Source: Acidimicrobiia bacterium | Lineage (GTDB): Bacteria; Actinomycetota; Acidimicrobiia; Acidimicrobiales; Salinilacustritrichaceae | DNA: 64,000 nt | Assembly: GCA_046565885.1 (NCBI GenBank) | Contig: JBKHXT010000020.1 | Coordinates: 5,784-69,783, forward strand | Reading direction: 5' to 3' | Shown: positions 1 through 9,761 of the stretch, piece after piece | Layout of the letters: each line of letters opens with the position of its first letter | How positions within the stretch are numbered: position 1 is the first letter of the stretch | The notes under the pieces: generated by a model | Database searches by the model: none | What the model saw: only the letters and a program-made list of their open reading frames with translations | What the model was told of the DNA's origin: nothing | Position numbers and translations under genes: made by a program

Positions 1-84
1 ACGGCCGTGGTGAACGCCGTGCGCGTCGCCCGCGACATGGTCGCCGGCGACGTCGTCGGCCACCTGGCCTCTGCGGTCGCCTGA
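1..84 (+). CDS. plsX: 3' end of phosphate acyltransferase PlsX (partial)
   Basis: Frame 1 reads TAVVNAVRVARDMV...* like the PlsX C-terminus; lies just before acpP-rnc. Confidence 0.6.
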   Translation, partial: TAVVNAVRVARDMVAGDVVGHLASAVA

Positions 85-146
85 GCGGCTCCCGCTAGCA
101 TCCCCGACTGCACCCCGCAAGCCGATCGACCCAGGAGGGGCATCCG

Positions 147-434
147 TTGCCCGCAGAGACCCACGTTGAGGGCGACAAGATGGACCGCGACGAGGTCCTG
201 GCGCTCATCCGTGACCGCCTCGCCGACATCCTCGAGATCGAGCCGGACTCCATCAAGGAGGGCGACAGCTTCGTCGACGACCTCGACGCCGACTCGCTCG
301 CCCTCATCGAGCTCGTCGAGGCCCTCGAGGAGGAGATCGGCGAGCGCAGCGTGGGGTTCCGCATCGAGGACGAGGACCTCGAGGACCTGAAGACCGTGCG
401 GGACGCCGTGGACTACGTCGTCTCCCGGCTCTGA
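147..434 (+). CDS. acpP: Acyl carrier protein
   Basis: DLDADSL phosphopantetheine motif, acidic 95 aa, RBS AGGAGG before TTG. Confidence 0.95.
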   Translation: MPAETHVEGDKMDRDEVLALIRDRLADILEIEPDSIKEGDSFVDDLDADSLALIELVEALEEEIGERSVGFRIEDEDLEDLKTVRDAVDYVVSRL

Positions 435-451
435 TCGGAGCCTGCGCACCG

Positions 452-1228
452 GTGGCGGCCGACGCGCGCCAGGAGACGCACCGTCCCACGCTGGTCGGTC
501 GTGACCGGCTGCTCGCCGCGCTGGGCTACGAGCCCGCCGACGAGTCGCTGCTCGCCCAGGCCTTCGCCCACCGCTCCTGGTGCGCCGAGCACCCCGAGTA
601 CCAGAGCAACGAGCGCCTCGAGTTCCTGGGCGACTCCGTGCTCGGCTTCGTGGTCGCCGACCACGTGTACCGGGCCGAGGCCGGCCTCGACGAGGGCGCG
701 CTCACCGACGTCCGCAAGGCGGTCGTGAACTCGGTGTGCCTGGCCGAGGTGGCCCTCGAGCTCGGCCTCGGCGACCACCTGCGCCTGGGCAAGGGCGAGG
801 AGCAGTCGGGGGGCCGGGAGAAGCCGTCGATCCTCGCCGACGCCATGGAGGCCGTGCTCGGCGCCGTCTACCTCGACGGCGGCCTCGACGAGGTCCGCCG
901 CCTGGTCGTCGAGCTGCTCGGCGACCGCATCGACGCCGTCGTCGCCGCCGGTGGCGGCGACCAGGACCACAAGAGCCGGCTGCAGGAGCGGCTGGCCACG
1001 GTCACCAGCCAGACGGCGAGCTACTCGTTCGACGCGACGGGCCCGGACCACGCCCGCGAGTTCACGGTCACCGTCACCGTCGGCGACCACCAGCTGGGCG
1101 TCGGGTACGGCCGGTCCAAGAAGCAGGCCGAGCAGCAGGCGGCGCGAGCCGCCCTCGAGCTGCTCGGCGACGACGGCGCCGGGTACCCCGGAGCCCACGA
1201 TGCCGTTGGAGGCACCACAGATGGCTGA
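452..1228 (+). CDS. rnc: Ribonuclease III
   Basis: NERLEFLGDSVL signature, ADAMEA motif, C-terminal dsRBD (GRSKKQAEQ). Confidence 0.96.
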   Translation: MAADARQETHRPTLVGRDRLLAALGYEPADESLLAQAFAHRSWCAEHPEYQSNERLEFLGDSVLGFVVADHVYRAEAGLDEGALTDVRKAVVNSVCLAEVALELGLGDHLRLGKGEEQSGGREKPSILADAMEAVLGAVYLDGGLDEVRRLVVELLGDRIDAVVAAGGGDQDHKSRLQERLATVTSQTASYSFDATGPDHAREFTVTVTVGDHQLGVGYGRSKKQAEQQAARAALELLGDDGAGYPGAHDAVGGTTDG

Positions 1229-2054
1229 GCTCCCCGAGGTCGAGACGCTGCGACGCCAGCTCGAGCGGGACGTCGTGGGGCGGAAGGTCAAGTCCGTCGA
1301 CGTGAACGACACCAAGGTCATCCCCCGGCACACCACGAAGAAGCAGTTCGCCGGGATGCTCGAGGGCGCCAAGCTCAAGAGCCTGATCCGGCGCGGCACG
1401 TTCCTCGTGTTCACCCTCGACACCGGCGACCGGCTCATCGTCCGCCCGGGCACCGAGGGCCAGCTGCGCAAGGCGGCGCCGAAGGACGACGAGGAGAAGG
1501 GCACCGGCGTCGTCATCTCCTTCACCCAGGGCGGCCAGCTGCGCTACGTCGACCCCAAGCGCACCGGCGAGCTGTGGATCCTCACGCCGGAGCAGGTGGC
1601 CGAGGGCGTCGACGAGATCGAGCTGCTCGGCTACGACGTCGTCAACGAGCCCGTGCCGTGGGCCGACTTCGCCAAGATGGTGCTCCAGCGCTCCGTCAAG
1701 CTGCGCAACCTGCTCCAGGACGAGGACCTGCTCGCCGGCATCGGCGACGTCTACGCCGACGAGATCCTCTACGACGCCGGCCTGCGCTACGACCGAATGA
1801 GCGACAGCCTCTCGGTGCAGGAGGTCCGCCGCCTCTACCGCAGCGTCGTCGAGATCCTCCACGACGCCATCAAGCACGGCGGCACCACGCTCGAGGGCGG
1901 CTGGCGCGACCTCCACGGCGACACCGGCGGGTACAACGAGTACCACCAGGTCCACGGGCGCGACGGCGAGCCGTGCCGGCGCTGTCGCGACGTCGTCTCG
2001 AAGGCCAAGTTCGGCGGCAAGACGGTGTGGTTCTGCGAGCAGTGCCAGACCTGA
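1221..2054 (+). CDS. mutM: Fpg/Nei-family DNA glycosylase-like protein with substituted catalytic residues
   Basis: Starts MAELPEVE (RBS GGAGG 1208-1212), H2TH GIGDVYADE, C4 zinc finger CRRC...CEQCQ; syntenic rnc-mutM-smc position. Confidence 0.85.
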   Translation: MAELPEVETLRRQLERDVVGRKVKSVDVNDTKVIPRHTTKKQFAGMLEGAKLKSLIRRGTFLVFTLDTGDRLIVRPGTEGQLRKAAPKDDEEKGTGVVISFTQGGQLRYVDPKRTGELWILTPEQVAEGVDEIELLGYDVVNEPVPWADFAKMVLQRSVKLRNLLQDEDLLAGIGDVYADEILYDAGLRYDRMSDSLSVQEVRRLYRSVVEILHDAIKHGGTTLEGGWRDLHGDTGGYNEYHQVHGRDGEPCRRCRDVVSKAKFGGKTVWFCEQCQT

Positions 2055-2131
2055 CGCCGCTCGCGCCGCTCGCTGACAAGTCCTGTTGACATCCGCGATC
2101 GCGCGCTGACCCACCAGTACCGTCGCCCGCG

Positions 2132-5100
2132 GTGTTCCTGAAGAACCTGACCATCAAGGGGTTCAAGTCGTTCGCCGACACGGCGAGCCTCGACCTCGAG
2201 CCCGGCGTCACGGTCGTGGTCGGCCCCAACGGGTCCGGCAAGTCGAACGTGGTCGATGCGATCGCCTGGGTGCTCGGCGCCCAGGCGCCGTCGGCCGTGC
2301 GGTCCCAGAAGATGGACGACGTCATCTTCGCCGGCACCTCCAAGCGCAGCGCGCTGGGCCGGGCCGAGGTGGCGCTCACCATCGACAACACCGCCGGGCT
2401 GCTGCCGATCGACTTCTCCGAGGTCACGGTCACCCGCACCCTGTTCCGCACCGGCGAGTCCGAGTACTCGATCAACGGCGTGCCGTGCCGCCTGCTCGAC
2501 GTCCAGGAGCTGCTGTCCGACTCCGGCGTCGGCCGCATGCAGCACGTCATCATCAGCCAGGGCCAGATCGACGCCGTGCTGAACGCCAAGCCCACCGAGC
2601 GGCGCCTGATCATCGAGGAGGCCGCCGGCGTCCTCAAGTTCCGCAAGCGCAAGGAGAAGGCCGAGCGCCGCCTCCAGAGCACCGAGGCCAACCTCACCCG
2701 GGTCCAGGACCTGCTGCGCGAGGTGCGCCGCGGCCTCCGCCCGCTCGAGCGCCAGGCCGAGGCCGCCCGCCGCCACGGCGACCTCGTCACCGAGCTCACC
2801 GCGCTGCGACGGTTCCTCGCCGGGCGGGAGCTGGCCCAGCTGCGCACCCGCCTCGACACCACCACGCGCGACCGCGCCGGCCACGCCGGCACCGACGAGA
2901 CGCTGCGGGCCCGCCTGCGCGACCTCGACTCGTCCGTGCTGCAGGCCGAGTCCGAGCTCAACGCCATGGGCGGCGCCGACGTGGGCGACGAGCTCACCCG
3001 CTACGAGGCGCTGCGCGAGCGCGGCCGGGGCATCGCCGCCGTGCTCGCCGAGCGCCAGCGCAGCCTGGCCAAGGAGCGCGAGTCGTCCGTCGACGCCGCC
3101 CTCATCGCCTCGCTCGAGGCCGATCAGGCCCGCCTGCGCGACGAGCTCGTGGCCATCGAGGACCAGGCCCGGGCGCTCGTGCCCGAGGCCGAGGACGTCG
3201 AGCGGGCCGAGCGGGGCCTCGCCGAGGCCCGCGCCACCTTCGAGGAGCGCTGGGGCGAGGGCATCGCCTCCCCGTCGGGCGAGGCCGCCGAGGTGCGGGG
3301 CCAGCTCAACGGGCTGCGCCAGGCGGTGCAGCGCTCGATCGCCGAGCTCGAGCGCACCGACGGCCGCTTCGCGTCGCTGGCCGACAAGCGCGACCGCCTC
3401 GCCGCCGAGGCCCAGCGCCTGCGCGACGAGGTCTCGTCCGCCGAGGCCTCGCTCCCGGCGCTCGAGGCCGAGCGCGACCGGCTGCTGGCCGATCGGGCCG
3501 AGGCGGAAGCCGCCGTCGAGGCCGCCACCGCCGAGCTCTCCGAGGCCGAGGCCGAGCGCCGGTCGTGGACCGCCCGGGCCGAGGCGCTCGAGCTCGCCCT
3601 CGACCAGGCGCGGGCCGCCGCCGGCGCCGAGCGCCTCGCCGCCGTCGACGGCGTCGTCGGCACGCTGCTCGACCTCGTCGAGGTCGATGCCGGCTGGGAG
3701 GCGGCCTTCGAGGCCGCCGCGGCCGAGGCGCTCTCCGCCGTGGTCGTCGACGGCCCCGGCGCCGCCCGGTCGGCCTTGGCCGCCCTGTCGTCCGGCGACG
3801 CCGCCGGCGCCGTGCTCGCCCTCGGCGTCACCCGGGCGCCCCGCTCGGCGCCGCCGGTGGGCGAGCCGGTGCGGGCCCACGTCCGAGCCGTGCGGCCGGG
3901 CGTCGACGACCTGCTCGACGCCGTGGTCGGCGCCGCCGTGCGCATCGACGGAGACTGGGCCGCCGGCCTCGACGTCGCCCTCGCCCACCCCGACGCCGTG
4001 GTGGTCACCGCCGACGGCGCCCGCTTCGGGCCCGGCTCGTGGCGGGTCGGCGGCTCCGCCACCGGCGCCACCGGCGCCGCGCTGGACGAGGCCCGGTCTC
4101 GCGAGGCCGCCGCCGCCGAGGCCGTCGCCGCCGCCACGTCGGCGCGCGACACGGCCCGCAGCCGGTTCGCCGAGCTGAAGCGCACGGCCGGCGACGCCCG
4201 CCAGGCCGCCGAGCAGGCGGCGGCCGCCCTGCGCCGCTCGTCCGACGGCCTCGCCCGGGTCGAGCAGCAGGCGGCCGAGGCCGCCGACGAGCTCGCCGGC
4301 TCCGACGGCGTGCGTGCCGAGGTCGAGCAGCGCCTGCGGGGCGAGCGCGACCGCGTCGCCGAGCTCGAGGCCATGCTGCCGGCGCTTGAGGCCGAGGAGG
4401 CCGCCGCCGCCGAGGCCGCCCGGGCCATGAGCGAGGCCCGTGCCGCCCTCGACGAGCGGGCCGCCGCCGTGGCCACGCTGCGGGGCGACCTCGAGATCCG
4501 GGTCGCCCAGGTCGAGGAGCGGCGCACGTCGCTGCAGGCCCGCCTCGTCGAGGTCGACGCCCGCGTCGCCCGCAACCAGGAGGCCGCCCGCGAGGCCGCC
4601 GTGCGCCGCGAGCGCCTCGACGGCCGGGCCCGCACCCTCGACGCCCTCGCCGCCGCGTGCGCCGCCTCGCTCGAGCAGGTCGAGGGCGAGCTCGTCGGCC
4701 TGCGCGAGCTGCGCAAGGAGCAGTCCGAGGCCCAGCGGGCCGTGGCCACCGCCCTCGACGGCCTGCGCCGCGAGCGCGTGCAGGTCGAGAAGCAGCTGAA
4801 CGAGGCCCGCGAGCGCATGCAGCGCGCCGACCTCGAGCTGAACGAGATCGGCCTGCGCATCGAGACCGCGGTCGAGACGATGCGCCGCGACCTCGACGTC
4901 GACCCCGACACCGCGCTCGCCGCCGAGTGCCCCGAGCTGCCCGAGGGCGCCTCACCCGCCGCCCGGGCCCGCGAGCTCGAGCGCGAGCTGCGCCTCATGG
5001 GCCCCATCAACCCGCTGGCGCTCGAGGAGTTCGAGGCGCTCCAGGAGCGCCACGAGTTCCTGCAGGGCCAGCTCGACGACGTCAAGGCGAGCCGGCGGGA

Positions 5101-5611
5101 GCTGAGCAAGGTCATCAAGGCGATCGACGAGGAGATCGTCAACGTCTTCGCCGCCGCCTTCGCCGACGTGTCGCAGAACTTCGAGCAGCTGTTCTCCACG
5201 CTGTTCCCGGGCGGTCGGGGCTCGATCAAGCTCACCGACCCGGAGGATCTGCTCGAGACCGGCATCGAGGTCGAGGCCAAGCCGTCCGGCAAGAACGTGC
5301 GGAAGCTGTCGCTGCTGTCCGGTGGCGAGCGCTCGCTCACGGCGCTCGCGTTCCTCTTCGCCGTGTTCCGCTCCCGCCCGTCGCCCTTCTACGTGATGGA
5401 CGAGGTCGAGGCCGCCCTGGACGACGTGAACCTGCACCGGTTCCTCGAGCTCGTCGCCGAGTTCCGCCAGGAGGCCCAGCTGGTCATCGTCTCGCACCAG
5501 AAGCGGACGATGGAGGCGGCCGACGTCCTGTACGGCGTCACGATGTCGCCCGGCGGCTCCTCGAAGGTGGTGTCCGAGAAGGGCGCCGCCAACCACGCCG
5601 GCGCCGCGTAG
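2132..5611 (+). CDS. smc: Chromosome segregation protein SMC
   Basis: GFKSF, Walker A GPNGSGKSN, coiled coils, LSGGE, MDEVEAALD. Confidence 0.97.
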   Translation: MFLKNLTIKGFKSFADTASLDLEPGVTVVVGPNGSGKSNVVDAIAWVLGAQAPSAVRSQKMDDVIFAGTSKRSALGRAEVALTIDNTAGLLPIDFSEVTVTRTLFRTGESEYSINGVPCRLLDVQELLSDSGVGRMQHVIISQGQIDAVLNAKPTERRLIIEEAAGVLKFRKRKEKAERRLQSTEANLTRVQDLLREVRRGLRPLERQAEAARRHGDLVTELTALRRFLAGRELAQLRTRLDTTTRDRAGHAGTDETLRARLRDLDSSVLQAESELNAMGGADVGDELTRYEALRERGRGIAAVLAERQRSLAKERESSVDAALIASLEADQARLRDELVAIEDQARALVPEAEDVERAERGLAEARATFEERWGEGIASPSGEAAEVRGQLNGLRQAVQRSIAELERTDGRFASLADKRDRLAAEAQRLRDEVSSAEASLPALEAERDRLLADRAEAEAAVEAATAELSEAEAERRSWTARAEALELALDQARAAAGAERLAAVDGVVGTLLDLVEVDAGWEAAFEAAAAEALSAVVVDGPGAARSALAALSSGDAAGAVLALGVTRAPRSAPPVGEPVRAHVRAVRPGVDDLLDAVVGAAVRIDGDWAAGLDVALAHPDAVVVTADGARFGPGSWRVGGSATGATGAALDEARSREAAAAEAVAAATSARDTARSRFAELKRTAGDARQAAEQAAAALRRSSDGLARVEQQAAEAADELAGSDGVRAEVEQRLRGERDRVAELEAMLPALEAEEAAAAEAARAMSEARAALDERAAAVATLRGDLEIRVAQVEERRTSLQARLVEVDARVARNQEAAREAAVRRERLDGRARTLDALAAACAASLEQVEGELVGLRELRKEQSEAQRAVATALDGLRRERVQVEKQLNEARERMQRADLELNEIGLRIETAVETMRRDLDVDPDTALAAECPELPEGASPAARARELERELRLMGPINPLALEEFEALQERHEFLQGQLDDVKASRRELSKVIKAIDEEIVNVFAAAFADVSQNFEQLFSTLFPGGRGSIKLTDPEDLLETGIEVEAKPSGKNVRKLSLLSGGERSLTALAFLFAVFRSRPSPFYVMDEVEAALDDVNLHRFLELVAEFRQEAQLVIVSHQKRTMEAADVLYGVTMSPGGSSKVVSEKGAANHAGAA

Positions 5612-5642
5612 GGCGGCACCGGCGCGGTCGGCGCTGACGTGA

Positions 5643-5927
5643 TCAGTGGCGCACGGCGCTGCGCTTGCGGCCGGTGACGGCGTTGTAGATCAGCAGCACG
5701 ATGATGGCGCCGATGATCGAGCCGATGATGCCGGCCGGTCCGAGCGTGGCCTCGTCGCCGTCGCTGCCGAACAGCAGGCTGCCGAGGAAGCCGCCGACGA
5801 AGGAGCCGACGATGCCGAGCACGATCGTGGCGACGACGCTCATGGAGTCGTCGCCGGGCACGAGCGCCCGGGCGATGAAGCCGGCGATCAGGCCGACGAT
5901 GATGAGACCGATGATGAAGCCGATCAT
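5643..5927 (-). CDS. GlsB/YeaQ/YmgE (transglycosylase-associated) membrane protein
   Basis: 94 aa, three Gly/Ile-rich TM helices, GLIAGFIARALVPG and GIVGSFVGG patterns. Confidence 0.85.
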   Translation of the reverse strand: MIGFIIGLIIVGLIAGFIARALVPGDDSMSVVATIVLGIVGSFVGGFLGSLLFGSDGDEATLGPAGIIGSIIGAIIVLLIYNAVTGRKRSAVRH

Positions 5928-6025
5928 GGGGTCCTCCCAGGTTGGACGACCCCGGTGGAGGTCACCGGGGTCGGAGCCTCACTACCCGCCGGCCCGGGAC
6001 CCAGACGCCCGTCGGTGCGCGCCCC

Positions 6026-7432
6026 TCAGAGGAGCTTGCTCATCACCTTGGCCTTGAGCTTGGTGTACGGCGGGTAGATCAGCGACAGGTCGGGCCTGGT
6101 CGGCTTCTCGAGCACCGGCTTCATGTTCGAGAAGGCGTCGAAGCCGGCCTTGCCGTGGTAGCGGCCCTGGCCGGCGTCGCCGACGCCCCCGAAGGGGAGG
6201 TCGTGGGGCGTGATGTGGAACAGCGTGTGGTTCACGCACACGCCGCCGGAGGAGGTGCGGTCGACCACGGTCTGGGCGTCGGCCGAGTCGTCGGAGAAGA
6301 CGTACAGCGCCAGCGGCTTCGGCCGGCCGTTCACGAACGCGATGGCCTCCTCGAGGTCGTCGACGGCGACGATCGGCAGCACCGGGCCGAAGATCTCCTC
6401 CCGCATCAGGCGGCTGTCCGGGTCGGGGTCGACGACGATGGTCGGCGGCAGCTTGCGGGTGGCCTGGTCGACGGCGCCGCCGGTGACCACCGTGCCGCCG
6501 TGGTCGGCCAGCAGCCCGGTGATGCGCTCGGCGTGGCGCTCGTTCACGATCTGGGTGAGGTCCGGCGACGCGGCCGGGTCGGCGCCGTAGAACTCCTCGA
6601 TCACCTCGACCAGCTTCTGCACGAGGGCGTCCTTGCGCTGGGAGTCGACGAGGACGTAGTCGGGGGCGATGCAGGTCTGGCCGGCGTTCAGGAACTTGCC
6701 CCACGCCATGCGGTGGGCGGTCACGTCGAGGTCGGCGCCCGGCGCCACGATGGCCGGTGACTTGCCGCCCAGCTCGAGCACGGTGGGCGTGAGGTGCTCG
6801 GCGGCGGCCTTGGCGACGATCTTGCCCACGGCGGTCGAGCCGGTGAAGAAGATGTGGTCCCAGCGCTGCTCGAGCAGCTTCGTGGACACCTCGGGCCCGC
6901 CCTCGAACACGGCGACGGCGTCGGGGTCGAGGTGCTCGCGCAGCAGGCGCGACAGCAGCGCCGAGGTCTCGGGCACCAGCTCGGAGGGCTTGGCCACCAC
7001 GGCGTTGCCGGCGGCGAAGGCGGCGGCCATCGGCGACACCAGCAGCTGCACCGGGTAGTTCCACGGGGCGATGATCAGCGCCACGCCGAGCGGCTCGGGC
7101 ACGACCCGGCCCTTGCCCGGCCGGTCCTGTAGGCGCAGCTTGGCCTTGCGGGGCTCCATCCACCTCGCCACGTTCTTGCGGATGTGCTGCACCTCGGTGG
7201 CCGTGAAGGCGATGTCGGTGCTGTAGGCCTCGAGCGTGGGCTTGCCGAAGTCGCGCTGCATGGCGGCGACGAGGTCGTCGCCGCACTCGTCGAGCAGGCG
7301 CAGCAGGGCGTCGAGCTGGCGCTGGCGCCACTCGAGCGGGCGGGTGCGGCCGCTCTGGAACGCGTGGCGGACGGCCGCGACCGCGCCGGGGATCGAGTCG
7401 AGGTCGGTGGCGGGACGTGCGTCGATGCTCAC
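6026..7432 (-). CDS. Aldehyde dehydrogenase (ALDH3/fatty-aldehyde type)
   Basis: PWNYP, FTGS, LELGGKSP, NAGQTCIAPD, EEIFGP motifs. Confidence 0.95.
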   Translation of the reverse strand: MSIDARPATDLDSIPGAVAAVRHAFQSGRTRPLEWRQRQLDALLRLLDECGDDLVAAMQRDFGKPTLEAYSTDIAFTATEVQHIRKNVARWMEPRKAKLRLQDRPGKGRVVPEPLGVALIIAPWNYPVQLLVSPMAAAFAAGNAVVAKPSELVPETSALLSRLLREHLDPDAVAVFEGGPEVSTKLLEQRWDHIFFTGSTAVGKIVAKAAAEHLTPTVLELGGKSPAIVAPGADLDVTAHRMAWGKFLNAGQTCIAPDYVLVDSQRKDALVQKLVEVIEEFYGADPAASPDLTQIVNERHAERITGLLADHGGTVVTGGAVDQATRKLPPTIVVDPDPDSRLMREEIFGPVLPIVAVDDLEEAIAFVNGRPKPLALYVFSDDSADAQTVVDRTSSGGVCVNHTLFHITPHDLPFGGVGDAGQGRYHGKAGFDAFSNMKPVLEKPTRPDLSLIYPPYTKLKAKVMSKLL

Positions 7433-7454
7433 GCCGTCACCCTACGAGCGGCGC

Positions 7455-7865
7455 TCAGCCGTCGCAGGTGGCGTCGGCGGCGTTGCCGAGCGACGTCGCC
7501 GCCTCCGTGTAGTCGTCGACGCCGTCGCCGTAGCGCTGCACGTCGACCTGCCTCGGGTCGTAGCCGGCGCCGGCGAGCTCGTCGCGCAGGACCTCGACCG
7601 CCTCGGCGTAGCGGCGGGCCTGGACCTCGGCCGACCCGGGGGCGGCGTCGTCGATGCGCCGCGCCCCCTCGGCCAGGGCGGTGAAGGCGTCTCGCATCTC
7701 GCCGGGCGACGCGATCGCCAGGTCGGCGAAGGGGTCGTTCGCACGCAGGTCCTCGACGGCGGCGCAGAACGCGGCCGGGTCCCCGCGGCCGTCGCTCCCG
7801 CAGCCGGGGAGCAGCGCCGCCAGCGCCAGCGCCCCGGCGGCGGTCAGGGCAGGCGTTGGAACCAC
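7455..7865 (-). CDS. Putative lipoprotein
   Basis: Hydrophobic stretch plus LLPGC lipobox, helical body with a Cys pair; start uncertain; overlaps the VWA gene stop. Confidence 0.65.
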   Translation of the reverse strand: MVPTPALTAAGALALAALLPGCGSDGRGDPAAFCAAVEDLRANDPFADLAIASPGEMRDAFTALAEGARRIDDAAPGSAEVQARRYAEAVEVLRDELAGAGYDPRQVDVQRYGDGVDDYTEAATSLGNAADATCDG

Positions 7866-8809
7866 AGCAGCGACCCGGCGGCGCTGAGCAGCAGCAGCAC
7901 CACGGCGTAGCCCACGAAGCGGTCGGTGACCTCCCGCTCCTCGGTGTCGAAGCCCACCGACGACCCGATGTCCTCGTAGACCTGGTTGAGCTGGTCGAGC
8001 GACTGGGCGCTGAAGAACTGCCCGCCCGTCTGGTCGGCGATCAGCCGGAGCGGCTCCTCGTCGACGGGCACCGGCTGGATCTCGCCGTCGATGAGGATGG
8101 TGCCGGTCGGGGTGCCGAAGGCGATGGTCGACACCGGGACACCGGCCTCGACCGCGGCCTCGGCGCCGTCGACGTCGGGGCGGCCGACCGTGGTCTTCCC
8201 GTCGGTCATCACGACCATGCGGGCCGGGATCTCCTCGCCGTCGGCAGCCGCCGGCGCGCTCTCGATGGCGTAGAGGCCGGCGAAGATCGCCTCGCCGATG
8301 GCCGTGGCCGGCCCCAGCTCGAGCGTCTCGATCGCCTGGCGCACCGGCGCCCGGTCGGTGGTGGGCGTGACCCGCACCCGGGCGACGCCGTCGAAGGTGA
8401 CGAGGCCGAGGTTGATCTGCGGCGGCAGCTGGTCGACGAACGCGAGGCCCGCCTCCTTGGCCGCCTCGAGGCGGGACGGGGCCACGTCGGTGGCCTCCAT
8501 GGACAGCGACGTGTCGATGGCGAGCACGACCGTGGCCCGCTCCTTGGGCACCTCCACCTCGTCGGCCGGGCGGGCCCAGGCGACGAGCGAGGCGGCGATG
8601 GCGAGCAGGAAGGCCAGCGCGACGACGTGGCGGCGCCAGCCCGGCCGGCGGGGCGCGACCTGGTCGAGCAGCGCCAGGTTGGTGAACCGCACCGTGTAGC
8701 GCTGGCGGACGAGCGCCAGCACGGCGTACGCCACGACCAGCGCCAGCACGGCCAGCAGGCCGTAGAGCCGCGTCGGGGCGAGGAAGGACTCGGGCCACAC
8801 AGCGATCAC
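7844..8809 (-). CDS. VWA domain membrane protein (BatA-like)
   Basis: MIDAS DTSLSM, T and TDG motifs, N- and C-terminal TM helices; GTGA overlap with DUF58. Confidence 0.92.
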   Translation of the reverse strand: MIAVWPESFLAPTRLYGLLAVLALVVAYAVLALVRQRYTVRFTNLALLDQVAPRRPGWRRHVVALAFLLAIAASLVAWARPADEVEVPKERATVVLAIDTSLSMEATDVAPSRLEAAKEAGLAFVDQLPPQINLGLVTFDGVARVRVTPTTDRAPVRQAIETLELGPATAIGEAIFAGLYAIESAPAAADGEEIPARMVVMTDGKTTVGRPDVDGAEAAVEAGVPVSTIAFGTPTGTILIDGEIQPVPVDEEPLRLIADQTGGQFFSAQSLDQLNQVYEDIGSSVGFDTEEREVTDRFVGYAVVLLLLSAAGSLLWFQRLP

Positions 8810-9756
8810 CGGGCCCCGGCGGTGGCCCGGCGGGCCTGGACGAAGCGGGCCACGTCCAGCACCCAGTCGCGGTCGGTGCGCAGCTGCAGGTGCGAGACGC
8901 CCGAGCGGCGAAGCTCGTCCGCGATGCCGCGGCGCTGCTCGGCGGCGGCGGCGGCGTAGCGCTCGCGGGTGCGTCGGTTGGTGGGCACCTCGCGGGTGCG
9001 GCCGGTCTCGGGGTCGACGACGGTGAGCGTGCCGACCGGCGGCAGCTCGAGCTCGCGAGGGTCGACGACCTCGACGGCCACGACGTCGTGGCGGGAGGTG
9101 AGGCCCCGCAGGGCCCGACCCCACCCGTCGGTCGACAGGAAGTCGGAGACGATGACCACCAGCCCCCGCCGGCGCGGCGGGACCACGAGGTGGCGCAGGG
9201 CGGCGCCGAGGTCGGTGGTGCCCTGCTGGTGCCCGGGCCCGTCGACGCGGGCGCCGGGCCGGGTGCCGGTGAGCAGGGCGTGGAGCACGGCGAGGAGGTG
9301 GGCCCGGCCGGGTCGGGCCGGCACGACCGTGGCGCGGTCGGGGTCGACGATGACCGCGCCCAGGCGGTTGCCGGTGCGGGCGGTGAGGAACCCGATGGCG
9401 CCCACCGCCTCGACGGCGAGGCCGGCCTTCGTGGTGCGGACGGTGCCGAAGTCGAGGCTGGGGGAGCGGTCGACGAGCACCCACGTCTCCAGCTCGCGGT
9501 CGGCGATCGACTCGCGGACGTGGGCCTCCATCGACCGGGCCGACACGTTCCAGTCGATGCGGCGGACGTCGTCGCCGGGCACGTAGGGGCGCGTCTCACC
9601 GGTCTCGGAGCCGTGACCGGGCACGAGGCCGCGGTAGTCGCCGTGGAGGAGGCCGTCGAGGCGCCGGGTCACGTCCAGCTCCAGCCGGCGCAGGACCTCG
9701 GCGGCCTCGCCGCTGGTGACGGGGGCGTGCACGCCGGTGGCGGCGGGGGAGGGCAC
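8806..9756 (-). CDS. DUF58 domain protein
   Basis: RPYVPGDDVRRIDWNVSAR, DRSPSL, VSDF; in moxR operon; start approximate. Confidence 0.9.
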   Translation of the reverse strand: MPSPAATGVHAPVTSGEAAEVLRRLELDVTRRLDGLLHGDYRGLVPGHGSETGETRPYVPGDDVRRIDWNVSARSMEAHVRESIADRELETWVLVDRSPSLDFGTVRTTKAGLAVEAVGAIGFLTARTGNRLGAVIVDPDRATVVPARPGRAHLLAVLHALLTGTRPGARVDGPGHQQGTTDLGAALRHLVVPPRRRGLVVIVSDFLSTDGWGRALRGLTSRHDVVAVEVVDPRELELPPVGTLTVVDPETGRTREVPTNRRTRERYAAAAAEQRRGIADELRRSGVSHLQLRTDRDWVLDVARFVQARRATAGAR

Positions 9757-9761
9757 GGGGC

